DNA of 64,000 bases from Eubacteriales bacterium (GTDB lineage: Bacteria > Bacillota > Clostridia > Oscillospirales > CAG-272), in contig JAZOMG010000066.1 of assembly GCA_045653705.1 (NCBI GenBank), positions 1,888 to 65,887 on the forward strand. Direction: 5' to 3'. The position numbers were made by a program, and so were the translations under genes. Under the pieces are notes generated by a model. It saw nothing but the letters and a program-made list of their open reading frames with translations, ran no database searches and was not told the DNA's origin. Positions 45,666 through 55,438 of the stretch are shown here, in pieces (the stretch's first letter is position 1; the number at the start of each line of letters is the position of its first letter).

Positions 45666-46874
45666 TCAGTCAGCGCGGTAAACTGCTTTACCGTCGGCAA
45701 CTGTAAGCACGCATTTTCCAAAAAGCGTATCCCCCGCAAAGGGAGTAGCCTTACCCATTGACAGGAATTGGTCGGGGTCAACCTTTACGGTTTCGTCAAG
45801 CCGCCATACCGTAAAGTCCTCTCCCATAGGTATTCCGAATCTCTGTCTCGGTTTTATTGCCATAAGCTCTATGAGCTTCTCAAGGCTTATAATGTTTTTC
45901 TTTACCAAGTGGGTATACATCAGCGAAAACGCCGTTTCAAGTCCCACTATTCCGAAAGGACTTTTCTCAAGTCCCATCGCCTTTTCCTCGGCTGAGTGGG
46001 GGGCGTGGTCGGTAGCTATCATATCGATAGTTCCGTCAACTATTCCCGCTATCAGCGCTTCCCTATCCTCTGCCGAACGCAGGGGCGGGTTCATTTTGAA
46101 GCGTCCCTCTTCTCTGAGGTCGCTGTCGTCAAGTATCAAATAGTGGGGACCTGTTTCGCAGGTGACGTCAACGCCCCTTGCCTTTGCCTTGCGGATGAGC
46201 TGAACGCTCTCCTTAGTCGATATATGGCAAACGTGATACGCGCATCCCGTTTCCTCGGCAAGCTTCAAGTCTCTTTCTATCTGACCGTACTCACTCTCCG
46301 AGCATATTCCCCGATGTCCGTGAGCCTTTGCGTATTCTCCGTCGTGGATATATCCGCCGTAAAGTAAGGAATTATCCTCGCAATGCGCCGCGATTATCTT
46401 GCCAAGCTTCTTGGCTCTTATCATCGCTTCACGCATCATATCGGCACTCTGTACTCCCCGACCGTCATCGGAAAACGCAACCGCCCCCTCGGCAAGAGCT
46501 TCCATATCCACAAGCTCCAAGCCCATTTCCATTTTCGTTATGGAAGCGTAAGGATATACGTTTATAACAGCATCGCGCTCAATTATATCGGTCTGTATCT
46601 TAAGATTTTCGGGGCTATCGGGCACGGGCTTCAGATTAGGCATTGTACATACCGCAGTGTAACCGCCGTGGGCAGCCGCCATACTTCCGCTTTTTATTGT
46701 CTCCTTATATGAAAAGCCCGGCTCACGAAAATGCACATGCACATCACAAAAGCCGGGAAAAATAACATATTCAGGGGAATGGAAAAAAGGCTTCGCAAGC
46801 TCGCAGGAAGCGACAGCATCGGAAGAGATACCCACAGTATTCATAACCGTTTTTTCAGTATCCTTAGTTATCAT
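45666..46874 (-). CDS. pyrC: Dihydroorotase
   Basis: PGFCDVHVHFREPG metal-binding motif and DHAPH. ATG at 46874 with an AAAGGAGAA RBS. Confidence 0.9.
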   Translation of the reverse strand: MITKDTEKTVMNTVGISSDAVASCELAKPFFHSPEYVIFPGFCDVHVHFREPGFSYKETIKSGSMAAAHGGYTAVCTMPNLKPVPDSPENLKIQTDIIERDAVINVYPYASITKMEMGLELVDMEALAEGAVAFSDDGRGVQSADMMREAMIRAKKLGKIIAAHCEDNSLLYGGYIHDGEYAKAHGHRGICSESEYGQIERDLKLAEETGCAYHVCHISTKESVQLIRKAKARGVDVTCETGPHYLILDDSDLREEGRFKMNPPLRSAEDREALIAGIVDGTIDMIATDHAPHSAEEKAMGLEKSPFGIVGLETAFSLMYTHLVKKNIISLEKLIELMAIKPRQRFGIPMGEDFTVWRLDETVKVDPDQFLSMGKATPFAGDTLFGKCVLTVADGKAVYRAD

Positions 46875-46894
46875 ATCCGTTCTCCTTTTAAAAA

Positions 46895-47419
46895 TTATTC
46901 GACAGCGCAAATATATACGCCGTCCGAGCCGTCCACCTGACTTACAGCCACTGCAACAAGCTCGCTTTTTGAGGTAGGCACGTTTTTGCCAACGTAATCG
47001 GGGCGAATGGGAAGCTCCCTATGCCCTCTGTCTATAAGCACGGCAAGCTGAACAGCTCTGGGTCTTGCGTTTGCAAACACCGCTTCAAGGGCGGCTCTCG
47101 CCGTTCTGCCCGTATATAGGACGTCATCTACTATAATGACCGTCTTTTCCCTGATATCACAGGGAATGTAGCAGGCGTTCTCGGCGCTCTGCTTGTCCTC
47201 TTTGCTTATATCGTCTCGGTGCAGAGTGATATCAAGATGTCCGAGCGGCACATCAACGCCCTCAAAGCGTTTGATATTCTCAGCAAGCATATGCGCAATG
47301 TATATGCCCCGCCGCTTTACGCCAAGCAAGCATATTTCCTCAGCTCCACGGTTTCGTTCGATAATTTCGTGGGTAATTCTCGCAATTGCTCTGCGCATTG
47401 CGGCTTCATCCATTATCAT
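46895..47419 (-). CDS. pyrR: Bifunctional pyrimidine operon regulator / uracil phosphoribosyltransferase PyrR
   Basis: MDEAAMRRAIARITHEIIERN and the PRPP motif VIIVDDVLYTGRT. The 38 N-terminal codons of the ORF-track call are leader sequence. Confidence 0.9.
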   Translation of the reverse strand: MIMDEAAMRRAIARITHEIIERNRGAEEICLLGVKRRGIYIAHMLAENIKRFEGVDVPLGHLDITLHRDDISKEDKQSAENACYIPCDIREKTVIIVDDVLYTGRTARAALEAVFANARPRAVQLAVLIDRGHRELPIRPDYVGKNVPTSKSELVAVAVSQVDGSDGVYICAVE

Positions 47420-47462
47420 TGTTTTTCTTTTCAAGCTTTTATTCCCCCTATGGGTAAAATAA

Positions 47463-47585
47463 AGAAAAAAAGTCCTGCCATTCGGCAAGACCGTTCCACA
47501 AAAAAGCCCACTGCGCCCAAGGCGTGTGAACATAAATTCTATGATAAAAACGCTCTTACCGATATCTCTGTATCGCTTTAAAGAT
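47463..47585 (-). promoter_or_regulatory. pyr leader: candidate PyrR-binding hairpin plus intrinsic terminator(s) (attenuator)
   Basis: Hairpin CGAUA-CAGAG-AUAUCG (47559-47575) resembles the PyrR binding loop core (U)CCAGAGAGG. Downstream is GUCUUGCC-gaau-GGCAGGAC + UUUUUUU (47464-47491). A second hairpin with a U-tract lies at ~47500-47530. Confidence 0.55.
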
Positions 47586-47596
47586 TTACCTTATTT

Positions 47597-47625
47597 ATTG
47601 TATCACATATCCCCTTTTCTGTCAA
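47597..47625 (-). promoter_or_regulatory. pyr operon promoter
   Basis: TTGACA (47620-47625), 17-nt spacer, TACAAT (47597-47602) on the minus strand. Confidence 0.5.
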
Positions 47626-47677
47626 GGGGCTGACAGAAAAAAACACAAGTTTTTTTGCCCTGTTTTGACAAAACTTC

Positions 47678-47715
47678 GCAGAAAAGCCCATACACCAAAA
47701 ACGGCGTACGGGCTT
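47678..47715 (-). terminator. Terminator after rpsR
   Basis: AAGCCCGUAC...GUAUGGGCUU followed by UUCUG on the minus strand. Confidence 0.6.
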
Positions 47716-47725
47716 TATCTTTTTA

Positions 47726-47983
47726 TTAGTCGGTTACGTAAGGAAGAAGTGCAACCTGTCTTGCACGCTTGATAGCTGTGTTAAGCTCTCTCTGGTGCTT
47801 TGCGCAGGTTCCGGAGATTCTTCTGGGAAGGATCTTGCCGCGCTCGCTTATGAACTTTCTAAGCTTTGCGGAATCCTTGTAGTCAATAAAATCTACCTTA
47901 TCAACGCAGAAAATACAAACCTTTTTTCTTCTGCGAACAACAGGACGCTGGGGGCGTACTGCGGTGTTTTCAGCTCTATCCAT
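47726..47983 (-). CDS. rpsR: 30S ribosomal protein S18
   Basis: RRKKVCIFC...IDYKD...[25 protein letters not shown]. Confidence 0.97.
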   Translation of the reverse strand: MDRAENTAVRPQRPVVRRRKKVCIFCVDKVDFIDYKDSAKLRKFISERGKILPRRISGTCAKHQRELNTAIKRARQVALLPYVTD

Positions 47984-48025
47984 TTTAATTTTCCTCCTGT
48001 AATATTGTTGATTGACCGTGACGTC

Positions 48026-48493
48026 TTAGAAAGGAAGATCGTCGTCGGTGTTAAGCTCTTCAAAGTTGGGAGCAGCTCCCGCGTTTGAAGAATACGAGGG
48101 TGCGGAACTGTACGCGTCGGGCATATAAGAGCCGCCCTGTGCGTTTCCGCTTTCACTGCGGGAGTCAACAAACATAGCGTCATCAACTACGACGTCGGTA
48201 GCATAGCGCTTCTGTCCCTGAGTATCCTGCCAAGTTCTGGTCTGAATGCTACCGGTGACACAAATTGCCGAGCCCTTTCTGAAATACTTGGATATAAACT
48301 CTGCGGTCTGTCTCCAAGCAACCATCGTAATAAAGTCGGTTTGCTGTTCGCCCTGCTCGTTATTCTTTGAAAATCTGCGATTTACAGCCAAGGTAAAGCG
48401 AAGCACGGAAACACCGTTGGGTGTTTGCTTCAGCTCGGGGTCAGCCGTAATGCGACCTGCGAGAACAACCTTATTTAAATTCAAAGCAGACAT
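48026..48493 (-). CDS. ssb: Single-stranded DNA-binding protein
   Basis: OB-fold N-terminus LNKVVLAGRITADPEL and an acidic C-terminal tail DDDLPF. Confidence 0.95.
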   Translation of the reverse strand: MSALNLNKVVLAGRITADPELKQTPNGVSVLRFTLAVNRRFSKNNEQGEQQTDFITMVAWRQTAEFISKYFRKGSAICVTGSIQTRTWQDTQGQKRYATDVVVDDAMFVDSRSESGNAQGGSYMPDAYSSAPSYSSNAGAAPNFEELNTDDDLPF

Positions 48494-48516
48494 TTTTTAC
48501 CTCCCGATGAATGAGA

Positions 48517-48909
48517 TTACTCTGCGTCAGCAGAAGCAACGGTTTCTTCGACAGCTTCAGCCTCTACGGTCTCGGCAGCCTTTGCAGCCTTCTCGGCTTT
48601 CTTGGCAGCGGCATCGTACTCAAGCTTTATCGCCATCGAGCGCATGATAGTCTCATCGATATTGAAGAGACGCTCAAGCTCGCTGGGGAAAGAGGGCTCT
48701 GCCTTGAATGTAGCGACAACGTAGTAGCCTTCGGGCATATCGTTGATCGGGTACGCAAGACGGCGCTTACCCCACTTAGCTACATCAACGACCTCGGCGT
48801 TAGCCTCGATCAAAGACATAAACTTGTTCACAGTTGCCTCGGTGACTTCCTCACCCTTGGTTACGTCAACAATGAACAGGCACTCGTAAGAATTGATTAC
48901 CTTTTCCAT
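48517..48909 (-). CDS. rpsF: 30S ribosomal protein S6 (with Ala/Glu-rich C-terminal extension)
   Basis: YECLFIV...WGKRRLAYPI motif. First gene of the rpsF-ssb-rpsR operon. Confidence 0.95.
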   Translation of the reverse strand: MEKVINSYECLFIVDVTKGEEVTEATVNKFMSLIEANAEVVDVAKWGKRRLAYPINDMPEGYYVVATFKAEPSFPSELERLFNIDETIMRSMAIKLEYDAAAKKAEKAAKAAETVEAEAVEETVASADAE

Positions 48910-49006
48910 TTTTTACACCTCCCTATGGACTTTAGACCGTGGACATCGAACAATATTTACCCACGGTAAGGAGACGGGCATATAAATTTACCCGTACCAA
49001 CGTAAG

Positions 49007-49035
49007 ATTATACCATATCTTTGATTATTTGTCAA
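49007..49035 (-). promoter_or_regulatory. rpsF operon promoter
   Basis: TTGACA-17-TATAAT on the minus strand. It is followed by a ~95-nt leader with two hairpins (ACGGG...CCCGU; CCGUGG...CCACGG). Confidence 0.55.
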
Positions 49036-49151
49036 TAGATTTTAAAATTTATATTGAAAAATTCGGAAAATTATTACCTATTTTACCGTTATATATTGAT
49101 TTTATCCAAGTTTTGGTTTATAATTAGTATACGTACAAAGGAGAAATTGAT

Positions 49152-49865
49152 ATGAAAATACTTGTTACAGGCGGCTCTCGCGGTATAGGCAGAGCCTGTG
49201 TTGAATACCTCACGGCACTCGGTCACAGCGTGGCGTTTATTTATAAGCAAAGCTATGAGGATGCAAAGAGCCTTTCCGAAGCTACGGGAGCGCACGCCAT
49301 ATGCGCCGACATAAGCGACAAAGACTCCGCAAAAGCGGCGGCATATGCGGCTGTGGCAAAGCTTGGCGGGATCGATGCGCTCATAAACAATGCGGGAATT
49401 TCTCAGATAAAGCTGTTTACCGACATAACCGATGAGGATTGGGATAAAATGATAAACACCAATCTGTCAAGCGCCTTTTACATTACACGGGAGATCGTGC
49501 CCCATATGGTAAGACAAAAAAGCGGACGGATAGTAAATATAGGCTCAATGTGGGGTAAAACAGGTGCATCCTGTGAGGTCCACTATTCGGCGACTAAGGC
49601 GGCTCTTCGTGGAATGACTATGTCCCTTGCCAAGGAGCTGGGGCCTTCGGGTATTACGGTAAACTGCGTAGAACCCGGTGTTATCGCAACCGAAATGAAT
49701 GCTTCCCTGTCAGAGGACGCTCTCGGACAGCTTTGTGACCAAACGCCCCTTTGCAGAATAGGTCAACCCTCTGAGGTTGCCGCTCTTGCGGAGTTTCTGA
49801 TTTCGGACAAGGCGGGCTTTATTACAGGTCAAGTAATAGGAATTGACGGCGGCTTTGCTATTTGA
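49152..49865 (+). CDS. SDR-family oxidoreductase (3-oxoacyl-ACP reductase-like)
   Basis: TGGSRGIG, NNAG and the catalytic YSATK. Confidence 0.8.
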   Translation: MKILVTGGSRGIGRACVEYLTALGHSVAFIYKQSYEDAKSLSEATGAHAICADISDKDSAKAAAYAAVAKLGGIDALINNAGISQIKLFTDITDEDWDKMINTNLSSAFYITREIVPHMVRQKSGRIVNIGSMWGKTGASCEVHYSATKAALRGMTMSLAKELGPSGITVNCVEPGVIATEMNASLSEDALGQLCDQTPLCRIGQPSEVAALAEFLISDKAGFITGQVIGIDGGFAI

Positions 49866-49961
49866 GGGAAAATATTTAACAATTCCCTTTTATCGGTTGA
49901 CAAATGACGATTTTTAAGCTATAATATTGTTTAATGTGATTTTTTGTTTTTTGGAGGTATT

Positions 49962-51182
49962 ATGACAATTTATGATGAATTAGTTGCCAGAGGTCTTATT
50001 GCTCAGGTAACGGACGAAAATGAAATAAAGGAGCTTATCAACAACGGTAAAGCCGTTTTCTATATTGGCTTTGACCCCACGGCAGACAGTCTGCACGTAG
50101 GTCACTTTATGGCGCTCTGTCTTATGAAGCGCTTGCAGATGGCGGGCAACAAGCCCATAGCCCTTATCGGCGGCGGTACTGCTATGATAGGCGACCCCTC
50201 GGGCAGAACCGATATGCGTCAGATGATGACCGAGGAGACTATCAAGCACAACTGTGAATGCTTCAAGAAGCAGATGAGCCGCTTTATCGATTTTTCCGAG
50301 GGCAAGGCTATAATGATAAACAACGCAGATTGGCTTCTTGACCTTAACTACGTCGAGGTGCTTCGCGAGGTTGGCTCTTGCTTCTCTGTAAACAATATGC
50401 TCAGAGCCGAGTGCTACAAGCAGCGTATGGAAAAGGGACTTTCTTTCCTTGAATTCAACTATATGATAATGCAGTCCTACGACTTCTATCACCTGTACAA
50501 GACTATGGGCTGTAATATGCAGTTCGGCGGTGACGACCAGTGGTCGAATATGCTTGGCGGTACAGAGCTTATCCGCCGCAAGCTTGGCAAGGACGCGTAC
50601 GCTATGACTATCAATCTGCTTCTCAACTCCGAGGGCAAGAAGATGGGTAAGACCCAGTCGGGAGCTGTATGGCTCGACCCCGCAAAGACTACGCCTTACG
50701 ATTTCTACCAATATTGGAGAAACGTTGCCGACTCGGACGTTCTCAAGTGTATCCGTATGCTTACCTTCCTCCCCTTAGAGGAAATAGACGCTATGGATAA
50801 GTGGGAGGGTGCGCAGCTCAACCGCGCCAAGGAGATACTTGCTTACGAGCTGACAAAGCTTGTTCACGGCGAGGAGGAAGCCACGAAGGCAGAGGCAAGC
50901 GCAAAGGCACTCTTCGGAGCGGGCGCTGAAGCCGATATTCCTATGACAGAGCTTAGCGCAGAGGACTTCACGGACGGTGTTATCGACATCGGAACTATAC
51001 TTGTCAAGTGCGGACTTGTTCCCACAAAATCCGAAGCAAGACGAGCTATCGAGCAGGGTGGTGTTGCCGTAAACAACGAAAAACTTACCGACGTAAGAGC
51101 CACGTTCACTCCCGATGATTTCAAGGATGGTCCCGTATTCCGCAGAGGAAAAAAGAACTTCCGTAAGGTTGTTGTTAAATGA
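49962..51182 (+). CDS. tyrS: Tyrosine--tRNA ligase
   Basis: HIGH-type motif (DSLHVGH), KMSKS-type motif (KMGKT) and a C-terminal S4 domain. ATG at 49962 with a GGAGG RBS. Confidence 0.95.
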   Translation: MTIYDELVARGLIAQVTDENEIKELINNGKAVFYIGFDPTADSLHVGHFMALCLMKRLQMAGNKPIALIGGGTAMIGDPSGRTDMRQMMTEETIKHNCECFKKQMSRFIDFSEGKAIMINNADWLLDLNYVEVLREVGSCFSVNNMLRAECYKQRMEKGLSFLEFNYMIMQSYDFYHLYKTMGCNMQFGGDDQWSNMLGGTELIRRKLGKDAYAMTINLLLNSEGKKMGKTQSGAVWLDPAKTTPYDFYQYWRNVADSDVLKCIRMLTFLPLEEIDAMDKWEGAQLNRAKEILAYELTKLVHGEEEATKAEASAKALFGAGAEADIPMTELSAEDFTDGVIDIGTILVKCGLVPTKSEARRAIEQGGVAVNNEKLTDVRATFTPDDFKDGPVFRRGKKNFRKVVVK

Positions 51183-51194
51183 TGAAATAAAATG

Positions 51195-51239
51195 ACCGCT
51201 TTTGCTGTCTCAAAATAGGCAGTAAAAGCGGTATTTTGT
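51195..51239 (+). terminator. Terminator after tyrS
   Basis: ACCGCTTTTGCTG...CAGTAAAAGCGGT followed by ATTTTGT. Confidence 0.7.
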
Positions 51240-51394
51240 ATGTTTTTTATTTACAAACCGTAGTATATTGTTTCATTCGAAGCTTTATAAATCTATATAC
51301 TTACACACTTTATCTTTTCAATATCTAATGTGTCACCCCTGACCATTTTCGCCTGTGGTGAAAGCCACGAACGTAGTTGCAAGACAACTAATTC

Positions 51395-51422
51395 AAAAAG
51401 CGGGCGAAATAGCCCGCTTTTT
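51395..51422 (-). terminator. Terminator after the lipoprotein gene (bidirectional hairpin)
   Basis: AAAAAGCGGGC-gaaata-GCCCGCTTTTT. Confidence 0.6.
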
Positions 51423-51445
51423 GAATATGTAAAATATCGTTTGAG

Positions 51446-51763
51446 TTATTTAACTCCGATAAGCTCGCCGTAGTCACCAGTCGCAACATTTTCTACGCCA
51501 AGGTTACTATCGTTTTCTCCGTCGCTGCTATCATTGTTATCGTTGTTGTCGTTGTTATCATTTTCCCCGGGATTTATGATATCTTGAATAAAATCTTCAA
51601 TTTTATCAATAATTCCGCCTTTTTCAGTTTCCTCACCGTTGTCACCGCTCTGCTCAACAGAGTTTGCGGGGTCATCAGTGGTATCGTCAGCGCATGCAAC
51701 AACCGTACATACAAGTCCAAGAATAAGTATTAATACCAAAAATAATTTAGAAAATGCTTTCAT
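51446..51763 (-). CDS. Small acidic lipoprotein, low-complexity (D/N/E-rich)
   Basis: Signal peptide with a lipobox (LVCTVVAC-ADD) and a DNNDNNDNND repeat. Confidence 0.6.
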   Translation of the reverse strand: MKAFSKLFLVLILILGLVCTVVACADDTTDDPANSVEQSGDNGEETEKGGIIDKIEDFIQDIINPGENDNNDNNDNNDSSDGENDSNLGVENVATGDYGELIGVK

Positions 51764-51880
51764 TTGTTATCTCCTTTCGTAAGCTTACAGACAAGCTTTT
51801 AATAAAATAAGTATAACATATTATACAGCATTTGTCAATAGCTACTTCCCTTTTTTAAAAACTTTAATTTAAATCAAAGT

Positions 51881-51917
51881 AAAAAACGCTATGCCAAAGC
51901 TTTAGCATAGCGTTTTT
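51881..51917 (-). terminator. Terminator after the ABC ATPase gene
   Basis: AAAAAACGCTATGC...GCATAGCGTTTTT. Confidence 0.7.
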
Positions 51918-51924
51918 ATTTAAC

Positions 51925-53040
51925 TTAGTGAATGATGCAACGCTCGGTATCCTTATCGAATACGTGGAGTCTGGACATATCAAAGGCAATCTTTATCTTG
52001 TCGCCCGCTCTGGACTGAGAACGGTTAGATACACGCGCGATAAGTCTTGTTTCCTCGCCGCAGGTGAGGTAGAGATAAATCTCAGCACCCATAAGCTCGG
52101 TAACCTCAACGTCAACCTCAAAGCTTGCGTCGGGTGTGTTCTCAACAGCCTTAACCTCATCGGATATAGCCTCGGGACGAAGTCCTACTACTACTTCCTT
52201 ACCTATGTAATCAGCAAGCTCGGGAGCATTTGCCTTGAAGTCGGGCAGCTTAACAGTTGCGCCGTCAAACTCGAAGTATACGCCGTCAGCCTTCTTAGAA
52301 AGCTTACCTGTGATGAAGTTCATCTGAGGTGTTCCGATAAAGCCTGCAACGAAGATGTTACAAGGAGAATCGTAAAGGTTCTGAGGTGTATCTACCTGCT
52401 GGATAAGACCGTCCTTCATAACAACGATTCTCGTTGCCATGGTCATAGCCTCGACCTGGTCGTGAGTAACGTATACGAAAGTTGTTCCAACACGGTTGTG
52501 GAGCTTTGTAAGCTCGGTTCTCATGGCTGCACGGAGCTTTGCGTCGAGGTTGGAAAGAGGCTCGTCCAAAAGGAAGACCTTAGGATTACGAACTATAGCA
52601 CGTCCCAACGCAACACGCTGCTTCTGACCACCGGACAGAGCCTTGGGCTTTCTGTCGAGCAGGTGGGTTATATCGAGAACTCTTGCTGCCTCTTCAACGC
52701 GGCGCTTGATCTCTTCCTTAGGCGTTTTGTTAAGCTTAAGTCCGAACGCCATGTTTTCAAATACGGACATATGGGGGTAAAGAGCGTAGTTCTGGAAAAC
52801 CATCGCGATCTTTCTATCCTTAGGAGCTACATCGTTTACCAAATCGTCACCGATATACAGCTCGCCCTCGGATATTTCCTCAAGTCCTGCGATCATACGG
52901 AGGGTGGTTGTCTTTCCGCATCCCGAAGGTCCAACGAGAACCAAAAATTCTTTGTCCTTTACCTCGAGGTTAAAATCCGAAACAGCGGTAACGCCGCCCG
53001 GGTACTTCTTGTAGATGTGTCTAAGTGATAAGCTTGCCAT
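51925..53040 (-). CDS. Sugar ABC transporter ATP-binding protein, MalK/UgpC/MsmX type (stand-alone)
   Basis: Walker A GPSGCGKTT, signature LSGGQKQR, Walker B FLLDEPLSNLD and a C-terminal TOBE-like domain. No permease or binding-protein genes are adjacent. Confidence 0.9.
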   Translation of the reverse strand: MASLSLRHIYKKYPGGVTAVSDFNLEVKDKEFLVLVGPSGCGKTTTLRMIAGLEEISEGELYIGDDLVNDVAPKDRKIAMVFQNYALYPHMSVFENMAFGLKLNKTPKEEIKRRVEEAARVLDITHLLDRKPKALSGGQKQRVALGRAIVRNPKVFLLDEPLSNLDAKLRAAMRTELTKLHNRVGTTFVYVTHDQVEAMTMATRIVVMKDGLIQQVDTPQNLYDSPCNIFVAGFIGTPQMNFITGKLSKKADGVYFEFDGATVKLPDFKANAPELADYIGKEVVVGLRPEAISDEVKAVENTPDASFEVDVEVTELMGAEIYLYLTCGEETRLIARVSNRSQSRAGDKIKIAFDMSRLHVFDKDTERCIIH

Positions 53041-53251
53041 CTGGATTATTCCTCCTAAAAAAACTGTTTTGATTAAGAATTATTTTTTTGCATACTTCTG
53101 TACTATAATATTGTACCAAATTTTTTGCAAAAATGGAAGAGGGTAAATTCCCAAAATTTCAACATTTTATTTGTACATTTTGCACAAATCACCCTTTTTT
53201 AATTAAAAAACCCGATAAAAGCTTTATTTTTTGTATTTTAATATATTAAAA

Positions 53252-55411
53252 TCACTTTAGGTTTTTCATACTGAGAGATATTCTCTTCTTCTTAACGTCC
53301 ACCGAAAGAACTCTGACCTTTACCTGATCGTTTACAGCCAGCGCTTCGGACGGATGCTTTATAAATCGGTCGGATATTTCGGATATATGAACCAGCCCGT
53401 CCTGATGCACGCCGATATCCACAAAAGCGCCGAAGTCGATTACGTTTCTCACCGTTCCGTTCAGAACCATATCGGGCTTCAGATCCTCGATACCGAGAAC
53501 GTCCTGACGAAGCTCGGGAGGCGGGAGGCTGTCACGAACGTCACGTCCGGGCTTCAAAAGCTCCGCGATGATATCGTGAAGCGTAGGCGCGCCTATTCCG
53601 CACCTTTCACACACGACGGTCGTTCCCATTTCCTTTACCTTTACAGGCAGTTCGGCAAGCTTTCCATCGGAAACATCCTTTTCGGTGTATCCGAAAAGCT
53701 CCAAAAGGGTATGCGCCGCCGCATAGGATTCGGGGTGTACTCCCGTATTGTCAAGTATCTCAGCCGAATGAGGAACACGCAAAAATCCCGCGCACTGCTC
53801 GAATGCCTTTGCGCCCACTCTCGGCACCTTAAGGATAGCCGCTCTCGACTTGAACTCTCCGTTTTCCTCACGGTATTTTACAATATTTTTCGCGCTTGTG
53901 GCGTTTATACCCGCGATATAAGAAAGCAAGGAATGAGATGCGGTATTTACATCAACGCCTACCGAGTTTACGCAGTCCTCAACAACGCCCTGAAGCGCTC
54001 CGTCAAGCCTTGCGGGCTTCATATCGTGCTGATACTGACCGACACCTATTGATTTGGGGTCGATTTTTACAAGCTCGGCAAGGGGGTCCTGCAAGCGGCG
54101 GGCGATAGATACCGCCGAACGCTGCATAACGTCAAAATCGGGAAATTCCTCTGCCGCAAGCTTTGACGCGGAGTAAACGGCTGCTCCCGCCTCGCTGATG
54201 ATAATGTATTTACAGTCGTAGCTTACATCCTTAAGAACGTCGGCTATAAATATCTCGCTCTCTCTAGATGCCGTTCCGTTGCCTATTGCAATAACGTCAA
54301 CAGAGTACTTTTCCACCATTTTCTTTATTACCTTAGCGGCTTCCTCGGTCTTCCACTTCTGCTTGGTGGTGGGGTAAACAACGGCGGTGTCAAGAACCTT
54401 ACCCGTTTTATCAACAACAGCGGTCTTACAGCCGTTAATGTAGCCGGGGTCAAATCCGAGAACCGTCTTTCCCTTTAGGGGAGATTGCATAAGCAGATGC
54501 TTAAGGTTATCTGCAAAGAGCTTTATCGCTCCCTCGCTGGCGGTATCAAAGAGGTCGTTGCGTATCTCACGCTCAATAGAGGGCGCTATGAGTCTGTCGT
54601 AGCTGTCTACCACTGCCGCTTCTATATATTTAACGGCGGGGCTTTTAAGCTCGGTTATAAGCTCGCTGCAAAGGTAATTGAGGATAATTCCCTTTTCTAC
54701 CGTAATGCTTACCTTAAGGAATTCTTCCTTTTCGCCTCTGTTTATGGCAAGTATGCGGTGAGAGGGAATCTTGCATATTCTGTCGGAATACTCGTAGTAC
54801 TGCTGATACACCGATTCCTCGTCCTTTGCGTTTTTGGTGGCAAGCATACCCGTATCAAAGGTGACCTTTCGGATAGTCTTTCTGAAATCGGCGTTGTCGG
54901 AAATGCTCTCGGCAATTATGTCGCAAGCTCCCGCAATAGCGTCAGCCGCGCTCTCAACCTTTTTCTCCTCGTCAACGTAAGCCTCTGCCTGCTCCTCGAT
55001 AGACGGCTCGTAGACCTTGAGCTGAGACATAATAAGCTCAGCAAGTGGCTCAAGTCCTTTTTCCTTAGCCACAGACGCTCTCGTTTTACGGTGAGGTCTG
55101 AATGGGCGGTAGATATCGTCCACCTCGGTTATGGTCTGTGCCGCCGCAATTGCCGCAGCGATCTCATCGGTCATCTTACCCATTTCGGTTATGAGATTCG
55201 TAACCTCTTCCTTACGCTTCTGAATATTTCTGAGATATGTAAGGCGGTCGTCAAGGTCGCGAAGCACGTTATCGTCAAGGCTTCCCGTTTCTTCCTTACG
55301 GTATCTCGCTATGAAAGGAATGGTATTTCCCTCGTCAATAAGCTCTACGGTCTTTTTGACCTGCTCCTCTTTCAGTTTGAATTCTTCCGCCAGTTTTTTG
55401 ATAATGTCCAT
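53252..55411 (-). CDS. tex: Tex-like transcription accessory protein (YqgF/HHH/S1 domains)
   Basis: N-terminal ...TIPFIARYRKE, a YqgF-like centre and a C-terminal S1 domain (GTVRNVIDFGAFVDIGVHQDGLVHISE). ATG at 55411 has a GGAGAAG RBS. Confidence 0.9.
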   Translation of the reverse strand: MDIIKKLAEEFKLKEEQVKKTVELIDEGNTIPFIARYRKEETGSLDDNVLRDLDDRLTYLRNIQKRKEEVTNLITEMGKMTDEIAAAIAAAQTITEVDDIYRPFRPHRKTRASVAKEKGLEPLAELIMSQLKVYEPSIEEQAEAYVDEEKKVESAADAIAGACDIIAESISDNADFRKTIRKVTFDTGMLATKNAKDEESVYQQYYEYSDRICKIPSHRILAINRGEKEEFLKVSITVEKGIILNYLCSELITELKSPAVKYIEAAVVDSYDRLIAPSIEREIRNDLFDTASEGAIKLFADNLKHLLMQSPLKGKTVLGFDPGYINGCKTAVVDKTGKVLDTAVVYPTTKQKWKTEEAAKVIKKMVEKYSVDVIAIGNGTASRESEIFIADVLKDVSYDCKYIIISEAGAAVYSASKLAAEEFPDFDVMQRSAVSIARRLQDPLAELVKIDPKSIGVGQYQHDMKPARLDGALQGVVEDCVNSVGVDVNTASHSLLSYIAGINATSAKNIVKYREENGEFKSRAAILKVPRVGAKAFEQCAGFLRVPHSAEILDNTGVHPESYAAAHTLLELFGYTEKDVSDGKLAELPVKVKEMGTTVVCERCGIGAPTLHDIIAELLKPGRDVRDSLPPPELRQDVLGIEDLKPDMVLNGTVRNVIDFGAFVDIGVHQDGLVHISEISDRFIKHPSEALAVNDQVKVRVLSVDVKKKRISLSMKNLK

Positions 55412-55438
55412 TTGCTTCTCCATTTTGTAATATTGCTT

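Noticed and set aside
49866-49961. Possible T-box leader upstream of tyrS.
   Set aside because: Only about 95 nt separate the upstream gene from tyrS, and most of it is promoter (TTGACA-17-TATAAT) and RBS. There is no specifier hairpin, T-box sequence or terminator.
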